DNA from: Naegleria gruberi
Taxonomy: Eukaryota
NCBI GenBank assembly: GCA_000004985.1
Contig: GG738921.1
Length of the DNA stretch: 64,000 bases
Reading direction: 5' to 3' (one strand)
A program made the translations under genes and the position numbers. The notes under the pieces are model-generated. The model did no database searches. It was not told where the DNA came from and saw only the letters and a program-made list of their open reading frames with translations. Shown here one piece after another: positions 43,989 to 53,763 of this stretch; the stretch's first letter is position 1, and every line of letters begins with the position of its first letter.

Positions 43989-45740
43989 ATGATGGATTCA
44001 ACAACGCCGTTGTCTTCATCACCAACCCCAAAAACTACAACAAAACAGGAAAATGGCGGGAAGACGATACAAAAAACTGCCAGCAAGATAAACTGCCTGA
44101 GTCCTCTGAGTCCAACCTCACCAGCAGCAACAGCAAACGGTTCTTCATCCTTTATGAATGAGGGAGTGGATGGTGATTCGGTCTCATCGACTGGTTCTGG
44201 AGGTTCATCATCTAAGAGAAAAAAGCACAAATTTCAAGCGAGGGATTATTGTTTGGTTTTTGAAGAGGCTATCAAGGATGTAGAGTGCATGGATATATTT
44301 AAATCATTTCTGAAGAATTGTTCATCGGAGGAGATGCTTGAATTTATACAAGAATATGATAGATATGAAAAAGTGTACAAATTGAAAAAGTTGAGTTATT
44401 TTGTAAGCCCCTTGCGAAGAAGATCAATTACTTCTGGTGGGAGTGCTACTAGTGGAGAGAGTTATCATTCAAATGTGACGACAACAGCCAGTTGTGTGAG
44501 TAATGTGAGTGATTTGTCGGTTGACTGGAATCAACTCAAGCAAGGTGTGGTAGAATTGAAAGAGAGTGCTTTGAGTATTATTGATACGTTTGTTTCGAAA
44601 GGATCGAAAAAAGAGATTAACATTGGATCGTTACAGAAACAATCTTTGGAAAGGTTTGAAGAAATTAACAAGCAAATATTGACGGTAGATTTAAAATCAA
44701 CAACCAGCTCGTCACAAGGGTTAGAGACCTTGTTGAATGTATTGGATTTGTTGAATCCATCGATTTTGTTTGATGGAATGGCATTGGCTATTTCTACAGA
44801 TTTAAAGTTTGATCAATTCCCTAGATTTGTGAGAAGTGATGCTCTTTTCAAGTTTTTACAAAAGAAGGGAGAAAAGTATACGAGATCGATAGCCATCAAC
44901 ATTTCGCAAGGTTACGAGATTGATATTCGTTTCAAACCAAGCGATTTGGAGGATAGGATTATTGATGACAAGCTCATCTATTTCGGATTTACAGTAATGC
45001 AGGATACACCAGATTGGGAGTTTGTCAAAGTTACTGACCTCTATCAATTACAATTGTCAAAAACAACTTACTTCTTCGATAATGACAAGAAAGAAAGTGG
45101 TCTAAAATTGCACAAGACGGTTGCCATCTTCCCATTCCCATTACAAGATGTTTGGAATATGGTGTGTAATCCTGAAAATCACTTCAAGTTTGATCCAAAA
45201 GGAAATGAAGATTTCAAAGTTAGAGACTATTTTCCTCCAAATGATCCTATTATGAAGAATCCGTATGCATTGACAGAAATTGAAACAGAACCGAAATTTG
45301 GCCCATTCATGAAGAGAAGACACTTGCCATTCATTTTGTCTACATTCTATGATCATGGATTGCAAGGTTACATTGTTATCTGCAGAAGTTTTAACGATGA
45401 ACCAAATTATCCTGACAGAATTCACTATGAGGGATTTAATTATTCCATTTATTTACCTATTGATGACTACCACTGTAGAGCAATCTTCATTGACTATACA
45501 GATATCAAGTTACCCTTCTCAAATGGAACACTATTTGAAAAGGCTACTTACAAGATTTATTCTGGAGCTAAGATTAAGGGAATGCTAAAAGTAATGAAAG
45601 ATTTGTCTCAAGATGGAAAGAAGAGAATTGAAATGGTTGGAAATGATGAAAGAAATTGGAACAAATCTGTAGAATTACACAAAGAACTTTATCCAGAGAG
45701 ATCATGGTACAATGAATGGCAACGATTGAAAAAGTTCTAG
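43989..45740 (+). CDS. Protein with an N-terminal RGS-box-like helical motif, a Ser-rich linker and a C-terminal START-like lipid-binding domain (about 583 aa).
   Basis: First ATG at 43989. RGS-like segment ARDYCLVFEEAIKDVECMDIFKSFLKNCSSEEMLEFIQEYDRYEKV. START-like C-terminus ...GYIVICRSFNDEPNYPDRIHYEGF...IDYTDIKLPFSNGTLFEKATYKI. Confidence 0.5.
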   Translation: MMDSTTPLSSSPTPKTTTKQENGGKTIQKTASKINCLSPLSPTSPAATANGSSSFMNEGVDGDSVSSTGSGGSSSKRKKHKFQARDYCLVFEEAIKDVECMDIFKSFLKNCSSEEMLEFIQEYDRYEKVYKLKKLSYFVSPLRRRSITSGGSATSGESYHSNVTTTASCVSNVSDLSVDWNQLKQGVVELKESALSIIDTFVSKGSKKEINIGSLQKQSLERFEEINKQILTVDLKSTTSSSQGLETLLNVLDLLNPSILFDGMALAISTDLKFDQFPRFVRSDALFKFLQKKGEKYTRSIAINISQGYEIDIRFKPSDLEDRIIDDKLIYFGFTVMQDTPDWEFVKVTDLYQLQLSKTTYFFDNDKKESGLKLHKTVAIFPFPLQDVWNMVCNPENHFKFDPKGNEDFKVRDYFPPNDPIMKNPYALTEIETEPKFGPFMKRRHLPFILSTFYDHGLQGYIVICRSFNDEPNYPDRIHYEGFNYSIYLPIDDYHCRAIFIDYTDIKLPFSNGTLFEKATYKIYSGAKIKGMLKVMKDLSQDGKKRIEMVGNDERNWNKSVELHKELYPERSWYNEWQRLKKF

Positions 45741-46260
45741 TCTAGACTAGATAATGATCAACAACCTTGACCTAAATCCAATCACGGAAAAACTCAATGA
45801 GAATGGGCTATCCAAATCCAGATTTGGCCAAATGATTCGAAATGCATTATCTTATCCCTGCTATCCAGAGTTATATTCTACCCACTACCAAAACTAATTT
45901 CCCATTCTCCTACGCAACCAATAGACCTTAATAAATGTTAAAAACAATTTTGCACCTCCTCTTCCTTGTTGTACATTGGAAAGTATTCGAATATATTTTA
46001 CAAAATATCAATAGTACATTCTATTCGCTGTTTCGGCTGTTTCGTAATCTCTCATTTATTAAAAAAGGTGCGTCTTTCAATAATGGAGTTATTAATTTCA
46101 ACTAAATCAACCAGACGAAACAATAAGAAAGCAATTATGAATAATACCCAATGAAAGTCCAAGGCAGGATTTTAGATGGTACGCACTTCATTGGGAGTTT
46201 TCAAAAAACTATTAAAAGATCTTTGTGCATTCTCCAGATTTCCAATATTCAAAAAAAAGA

Positions 46261-48462
46261 ATGAAATTGAAAAGAAACAAGAAGGAAAGTGATTCTAATG
46301 AAATCAAGGACGAAAGGGAGCCAAATATTAGGTTCGCCATGTGGTTTATTGTGAGAATAATGGGATGGGAAATGATTTGGATTGTATTGGGAATGATTGG
46401 ATGGGCTGCGCTTGGTTCCATTCCGGTAAGTATTCGAATGTTGAATTTTATTCGAAAGCTTAACACCTATTATATAGCATGGTAAGTTTGCTAAATGTGA
46501 ATTGCAATTTTTCTAATTACAATGAAAATAGTATTCAATATTTTAATGGGTGAATTAATTAAGGCTGTTTTCTCATCGACAACTGCCAAAACAAGTTATA
46601 CGAATGAAATTAATAATTTAGCCATGTGGATGGCCATTATTGCAGTTATTGCAGCTATTGTCATGTGGATGGGTTTTTCAATGACAAGTTATGCATTTGT
46701 AAGTTTCTTTCGAATAAGCTCAATTCTAAACTTTCTAAATTAGGAAAGAATTGGTGTAAGATTCAAGACAGCTTATATTGAATCCCTTTTAAAACAAGAA
46801 ACTGGTTACTTTGATATGAAAAGAACTGGTGAACTCATGTCTTGGATGACCGAATCAATGGAACAAATTCAAGACAGTTTCAGTAACAAACTCGGAAGAA
46901 TCGTCCAGTTTAGTATCCAAATCATTTTGGGTGTCATCTTGGCCCTTGTCTTTGCCTGGAAAATGGCCATCGCCATGGTTGCCTTCTCTCCATTAATTGC
47001 AGTCTTAATGTTTGCCTCAGGATTCGCCTCACAACTCGTCACTAGAAGAACCATGAAAATTTCCAATGAAGGATCTGCAATGGCCAACGAAGTTATTGGA
47101 GCTATTCGTACTGTTCGTTCTATGGATGCTGAACAAAAGGAAATTGACAGATATAAGAGACAAATGAGATCAGGAAATGCCATGTATGTCATTAAGGGAA
47201 TTGTTTTGGGATCTCCAATTGGTTTTTCTGAAATTTGCATTTGGGGAATTTTAGCATTTGGAATGTAAGTTGAATTTTAATAGAATTTGAGAAATTTTAA
47301 CATGTATTAGGTGGTGGGGAGGTAAATTATTACAAGATGGTGAAATTGAATTCCAAAACATGTTCAGAGTTTTCACATTGCTCTTAATGTCAGTTTTGGG
47401 TAGCTCACAAATTATGAGTTTCCTTCCAGATTTGACACGTGCCATTGCTGCCAGTAAGAATCTCTTAAAGGTCATTCACAGAAAACCAGCCATGAGATTT
47501 GGAGGTGGAATTACCCCAGAAAAAATTGAAGGAAAGATTGAATTTAAGGATGTTTGTTTTTCATATCCAACTCGTCCAAATATTCAGGTTTTGAAGAACT
47601 TTACTTTCAATATCAAACCTGGTCAATCAATTGCTTTAGTTGGTAGTTCAGGATCTGGTAAATCAACCATTGTTAGTTTATTGGAAAGATTTTATGAACC
47701 ATCGAGCGGTAATATTATTTTGGATGGAAATGAATTGGCTGAAATTGATCCACATTGGCTTCGTAGTCATATTGGATTGGTTGGACAAGAACCTGTATTG
47801 GTAAGTTTTTTTATGAACTTTCGAATATTTATATTGTGAAATAGTTTGGTGGTACTATTAAGGAAAATATTTGTTATGCTATTAGAAAGACTTCTATTGA
47901 TCCGTTCCCAAGTGATGAAGAAATTATCAATGCTGCTAAAGCTGCCAACGCTCACGATTTCATTTCCTCTCTTCCAGATGGTTACAATACCAAATTAGGA
48001 GAACGTGGTGTTTCCTTATCCGGTGGCCAAAAACAACGTATAGCCATAGCCAGAGCTGTCATCCAAAATCCTGAAATTCTACTTTTGGACGAAGCCACCT
48101 CTGCCCTGGACACAAACTCTGAAGCTGTAGTCCAAGATGCCCTCAACAAACTCATGAAAGGAAGAACAACCATTGTCATTGCCCACAGATTGTCCACCAT
48201 TGTCGATTCAGACATGATTCTCGTTTTCCATAAGGGTGAATTGAAAGAAGTTGGTACTCATGATCAATTGATGGATTTAGAAGGAGGTCTCTATGCAGAA
48301 TTGGCCAGAAAACAAATGATGAGAAAGGAAGAAAGTTTGGATAAAATACCATCAGTTCCATCCGCCATTGATATGTATAAGGAAGATGAGATTGAGATGC
48401 AACCATTAGAAAAGATTCCAAGTACTGATTCGGCTGATTCGAATGAAGATTCTATGGTTTAA
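46261..48462 (+). CDS. ABC transporter, ABCB-type half-transporter (TMD+NBD), at least 5 exons: 46261-46425, 46564-46698 (or a 4-nt microexon plus 46532-46698), 46744-47264, 47311-47800, 47845-48462.
   Basis: All donors are GTAAGT and the phases are consistent. Walker A is GSSGSGKST. The ABC signature is [15 protein letters not shown]. Walker B is [12 protein letters not shown]. The H-loop is IAHRL. Confidence 0.8.
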
Positions 48463-48562
48463 TTTCGTAATTTATTAGAAATGTTGAAAGTTTTGTTATG
48501 AACCAATTTTGTAAAGTGTTGTGCTTAGTATTTGAAAATATTAACACAAGAGGGTAAAGAAC

Positions 48563-50629
48563 TTATTNNNNNNNNNNNNNNNNNNNNNNNNNNNNNNNNN
48601 NNNNNNNNNNNNNNNNNGTTTCTTTCACTCTTTCGAATATGTCAATCATATCATTCATGCAGTGAAGTTGAATTTTTCTGAAGAATGGCAAAAGATCAGC
48701 ATNTGAATCAATTAACCCTTGTAATTCATCATAAATTTCGTCCAATTTAGGATGATTCAACTCAAGAGGTGATCCTTTCGTTAAATAGGTTTTCTGAATG
48801 TGGATTGCAATCTTCTTTCTGTTTTTTGGTTTCGTCCTGGTGATCCTTTCCACATCCTTGTAGCAGAGAATCGGTTCTGGACAATAAGACCTTCTGGCAA
48901 AGTCCAATATTATCGTAAAGGTCTTCTTATTGGCCAAACATTGTTCCAATCCAGAATCTTGATTCCAATCCACATGTTTCTTATCCGATAACCAAGCATA
49001 CACTATTGGCAATGTTATACTAATCACCACATCCGAAATACTGTAAAACAGCAACACATTTCCATAAGGAATGAAAAAATCCAAAAATTTTGAAAATACT
49101 GGAATAAAACCAAACGCCACAAATATCACAATACTCAATAATTTCAATAACACCAAAACGAGTGTTTCCTTTCTCATATTCCACGTATCTCTATCTGCAA
49201 TTATACACAAAATAATGAGAATTACCTCAACAACAATGTAGAAAAATGTTTCAACTCCAACCAATATAAAAGTTGAATTGGTAATGCCACATCCTCTCTC
49301 CACAGTGAATAATCCACCATCATTAGTAAAGATGGTCGTTCCCTTTCTCAATTTCTGATCCCATTCAATTCCACCCATTATGAGAAATAGAATAACATGA
49401 AGTGAAAAGATAATGAAATAGCACAGTACAATAAAGAGGTTGCTCACGAAAAAGTTTAACACCTTTGCTCGTTTCATTTCCTTTTCAAAATCTTCCCTAG
49501 CTACAGAAAACCCATCACTGTATGTGTATGATTTGACATCGTCATCTGCCATTGAATATTCAGTAACATCAAAATCCACCATTTTGACAGACCGATCAAC
49601 GTCTTTTAAGGAGAAGTTACTAGCTGATTTCTTTTTAAGAAATGCCCTAGGGGAAGTGTTGCTACTTTCATTTCTTGTTAATGCTACTGAACTATCTATT
49701 GAAATATTCGAAACTGGACTAGTTGCTCCACTCGATTCATTCATAACTCCATTCGACTGCACATCTGCATTATTTTGAAACGCCTCCACAATGGTTGTAT
49801 TTGTCGATGTATTTGTTGTTGTATTATTACTAGACTTGCCATTTCCTTTTTTAGTTATCTTATGAGCTAAAGATTCCAAATTCGTTGTCGATTTTCCAAC
49901 CGTTCCACCAATCAACATTTTCATCTTTCTCAAATTCAACAAGTGTAGCAATACCAATCGATAACATCTAAAAATTGCTGGAAGAATCAACGAAGGAGGC
50001 AAGACGAAATAGGTCACCGAATAAATAAAACATGGATATTCTCTCCTACCAATTGCATATCTCAGGGAGGTCGAATAGATAATGAATGCACTTGCGAATA
50101 GTGTAAGAAACATGTAGACTAAACCTCTGGATTGAATGTGTCGAGAGTTTCGTTTCCAATACAAGCCGAAACATGTCAGAATGAAGAGAATGGAATAGAA
50201 AAACATGATTGCAATGGAAAACGAAACTGAAAGCCAAGTTTCTGGACAAATCCCATAAATTACTGTTGCATTAGGTCCGTATCGACTAAAATCGCCCAAA
50301 TTTAGAAGAATCGTATAACATCCATTGAGTGGATCTACAGTTGAATTAGTACTCGAGTTATTGAGTTGTTGTGAAGAGGATGATGAATTATCTAAATAGT
50401 TGTCAGCTTGATGTCGGGTATTATGTACTATAGAATAGTATTCTTTCGAATCGAATATACGAATCAATGAATTCATTTGAAAATTATCCTCTTCGATTGA
50501 CTGCGATGGAATTAATGTTTGATGACTGCAAATGCCGAATACTAGCAGTAGCACTGACAATTTTACAGCAATTTCCCTCAGCCGTTTGAAAGTCTGCTGC
50601 TGGCATTTGACAGGTTTAATTGCTGGCAT
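48563..50629 (-). CDS. Seven-TM receptor fused to a C-terminal RGS domain (7TM-RGS). The 3' end runs into an N-gap.
   Basis: Signal peptide and a roughly 130-aa ectodomain, then 7 predicted TM helices. An RGS box follows: FTIILDFARRSYCPEPILCYKDVERI...IHIQKTYLTKGSPLELNHPKLDEIYDELQ. Gap at 48568-48617 and a single n at 48703. Confidence 0.65.
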   Translation of the reverse strand: MPAIKPVKCQQQTFKRLREIAVKLSVLLLVFGICSHQTLIPSQSIEEDNFQMNSLIRIFDSKEYYSIVHNTRHQADNYLDNSSSSSQQLNNSSTNSTVDPLNGCYTILLNLGDFSRYGPNATVIYGICPETWLSVSFSIAIMFFYSILFILTCFGLYWKRNSRHIQSRGLVYMFLTLFASAFIIYSTSLRYAIGRREYPCFIYSVTYFVLPPSLILPAIFRCYRLVLLHLLNLRKMKMLIGGTVGKSTTNLESLAHKITKKGNGKSSNNTTTNTSTNTTIVEAFQNNADVQSNGVMNESSGATSPVSNISIDSSVALTRNESSNTSPRAFLKKKSASNFSLKDVDRSVKMVDFDVTEYSMADDDVKSYTYSDGFSVAREDFEKEMKRAKVLNFFVSNLFIVLCYFIIFSLHVILFLIMGGIEWDQKLRKGTTIFTNDGGLFTVERGCGITNSTFILVGVETFFYIVVEVILIILCIIADRDTWNMRKETLVLVLLKLLSIVIFVAFGFIPVFSKFLDFFIPYGNVLLFYSISDVVISITLPIVYAWLSDKKHVDWNQDSGLEQCLANKKTFTIILDFARRSYCPEPILCYKDVERITRTKPKNRKKIAIHIQKTYLTKGSPLELNHPKLDEIYDELQGLIDSXADLLPFFRKIQLHCMNDMIDIFERVKEXXXXXXXXXXXXXXXXXX
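48568..48617. other. Assembly gap (50 N).
   Basis: Run of n. Confidence 1.
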
Positions 50630-51038
50630 TTTTTTTAAGTGATCCTTTCATGCGTTTTTGTTTGTGTGCTTACAGCTGACATCAAACCTCGTTTGTCAGG
50701 TTTTTGGCCAATTTAGAAATTCAAATAGGCTCCCCAAAGGGAATGGTTCTTTATATTTCATCTTAATACTTTGCATCACCAATAATTCCACCTCCACAAG
50801 ACTATTCTCTACATGTGCATTAAACAATTTTAAAGAATGCCTCGTTGAAAAGGAAAATTATTGGAGGAGATAACTTCTACTACAGAGAAGATTTCTTATA
50901 GCGCAGTGTAAGGTTGAGAAGAAAGCCAGTTTGTTTAATGTACGTGGAGTTCGTTATTAACAAACTACACACATTAAGCAATGCACATCTGTTTCAATTT
51001 CTTTGTGGTTAAATTGATATCAATTAATTCGTATTTAT

Positions 51039-51815
51039 TTACATGTGAGAGTTGGATTTGATTCGTTTGATTTCAATGACTGGCTTTGGAACAATAGTTT
51101 GAATGGTGGCAGCTCTACCTCTTGTTGTTGTTGTTGAATTAAATTCGTATGAGAAGGCAGAAAATGAAAGTCTCTTCTTACTAGTAGTATGGAAAGAAGT
51201 GGATTTGAAATCTTGATTGGTGGCAGATTGTTGTGGAGGTGGAGTATTCAAAAGCTCGAATTGAGGAACTAACAGAGTTTGTGAATTGGAGCTCACAGCT
51301 GGGAATGTAAAGTTGCCAAGAGGAGAAATTGGTGGAGTAATTTGATGGAATCTTGTGTTGGTAGTGTGGACAATTGACTTGGAAGGACTCTTTTTGAGTT
51401 TTGGAATCGATGGCTCTACTTCTTGTTGTACCGAAATAATTGGAATGGTCAAGTGAAGATTGGAAGCTTGTTTCATCAGGATTGGTTGAAGTTTTGAAGA
51501 GGAAGCAACCTTTGATATTGGAGAGATGGAAATGGATTTGGTTCTGACGAGAATTGGTTTTGGTAAGGCAGCAACACCCTTAGAAGAAGCAACAGCAGGA
51601 ATGCCAACACTCTGATTGTCCCTCTCATATAAATTATGTAAATCAAGTATATTCTCATGCATTAAAAAGTATCCATTCAAATCCAGCACACAACCTTCAT
51701 ACGATTGTTCAGCCAACATCACAACACATGTCCACACGGAGACCAATAAACCTTTGAGTAATTGCCAGAGTGCGCTATAGCCGATTAAACTAGTTGAGTA
51801 AGAAGTGGAAGTCAT
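51039..51815 (-). CDS. Hypothetical Ser/Pro/Thr-rich protein with an N-terminal hydrophobic segment (258 aa).
   Basis: ORF from an ATG. Low complexity. No recognised domain. Confidence 0.35.
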   Translation of the reverse strand: MTSTSYSTSLIGYSALWQLLKGLLVSVWTCVVMLAEQSYEGCVLDLNGYFLMHENILDLHNLYERDNQSVGIPAVASSKGVAALPKPILVRTKSISISPISKVASSSKLQPILMKQASNLHLTIPIISVQQEVEPSIPKLKKSPSKSIVHTTNTRFHQITPPISPLGNFTFPAVSSNSQTLLVPQFELLNTPPPQQSATNQDFKSTSFHTTSKKRLSFSAFSYEFNSTTTTRGRAATIQTIVPKPVIEIKRIKSNSHM

Positions 51816-52463
51816 TCTTTATAGACAACAAAATAATTGTTCTTATTGTTTTTCTTGTTGTTGTTGATTTTTTTTTCTGTTATTGTCATCCAACTTGCGT
51901 TTGACTCTCTTTATGTTGGTTATGTGTTGGAGGAGGAGCTTGAGATGTGTAATGTCTTACTAGAGTTAAATCGTTATAAAAAAACAGAATAAGGACAAAA
52001 GAAAAATAAATTACATGCAAAGAATGATTCAGCAACTTATTTGGAATTTATTTTATGTTGTTATTGCTCAGCTTGATGTTGATAATTTCGGAATGGAAAT
52101 TTAATACTCAATAAGGATTTAAAAATGCATATATCTCCAAAGTAAATTGCACCAAGATAAAATCGACTAATTGAATACTGTATTATTGTGTCCATCTCGT
52201 TCCTTGAACAATTAATATTAATTTGTTCCACAAGAGGTGCTTTTTAGTTGAATCTTGAGAGATAATTTTAATCTCAAATTTCAAGAAGTTCTCCTGCTCC
52301 ATTGGAAGTGAATTAAGACACTCTCATAATTTTTACAAATGCTCCACAGATTCTCATTGTATTAAATGATTTCCCAATCATCATATTCTTCATCAAATAT
52401 CCCAATCACCCGATAATTAATTTATTTTGTTATTAAATTTAAGTATTTTTAATTTTATAAAAA

Positions 52464-53763
52464 ATGAACTCGCTTAGCCTTAATCTTACTTTGCATTGCG
52501 GAAGAGATCTTCCAAAGGTAAGAAGAAATTTCATCACAATTTGATTTTTTAATGTTTTAAAATTCTCTATTGATTTGTTTACCATATGATGATGTTGTTG
52601 TTATTAATTGCATTGAATTTATGATCATCATTTAGGCCGATTTGTTATCTTCGATTGATGCCTATGCTGTTGTTATTGTTCCGATTATTGGAGGACAAAC
52701 CAAAACATTTAAAACAAAATGTGTGCAAGATGACCCAAATCCTGATTGGGAATTTGATTTGTTCTGTACAGATGTGGATGGAACCAGAGATTGTCTTGTT
52801 GAAATTTGGGATGAAGATACTTTGAGAAATGAAAAGGTTTGCACTGCCATACTTTCTCTTGTTGAGTTGAAATCATCAGGCACATGGCTTGGAAAGCATA
52901 TAGTCTTGAAATGCTTATCTGGATTCAAACCATTCAAGGGAGCTAAAGAGTGCTGTATTATCGTATCAGCAAGTGCTCACATTTCTTTTGCTGACCTCAC
53001 TCGCAAAATCACATCTCCAAACAAGTATGTGGATCCATCAAAAAAGACTATTGTCTTCCCTTTCTCACCTCATGGTGACAATACTCAACTCTATATTAAA
53101 ATTTCAGCTGGAAAGAGATTCAAGATTTCGGTTTTGGACACTTCAGAATTTAGAACAAGACTTGTCATGTTTGAAGTTGCTGGAAAGAATATCACTTCTC
53201 AAATTATCAAACTCAAAGAACCAAAGAAAAAGTATGGAATTAGCTATTATAGAAAGATTAAGATGAAGAAGGCTGACATTAAATCATGGACAAGCGTCAA
53301 TCTTTTGGTTTCTAATTGTTCACTAGTTGCAACAAAGGGTGTGGAAGCTATTGTAAATGAACATGGCTGGTATGGATCCATGACCTTTGATCAAGCTAAA
53401 AAGACTTTGAAAAATATTATTGTGGATGAGGAATCTAAGAGTATTTTCATGCTGGAAAACAACTTTAGCTATATGGTGGACTTTGATTCAGACAACTTTG
53501 ACCAAAAGGTTTGTCTCTCTGATGAATACTCAGCTCAAGGATATCATGTCGAGTTTGTATATGCAAAGGGAAATAGATTGAGTATCACTTCACATGGAGA
53601 ACCAAGAGTTCAAACCAATACAAGAGTAGTATATAGATATTCTTCACAAGTGAAAGACTCTGAATACGGCACTCCATTCTTCCAATTCAGTGTTGAACTC
53701 TATCACAAGATACAACCACAACTTTACCAACTCAACAGCTATATTCCTTTAAGTTTGAATTAA
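52464..53763 (+). CDS. C2-domain protein (exons 52464-52517 and 52636-53763; 393 aa).
   Basis: Exon 1 (MNSLSLNLTLHCGRDLPK) ends at a GTAAGA donor. A 118-nt intron ends at atcatttag. Exon 2 (ADLLSSIDAYAVVIVPIIGGQTKTFKTKCVQDDPNPDWEFDLFC...) completes a C2 beta-sandwich signature. Confidence 0.65.
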
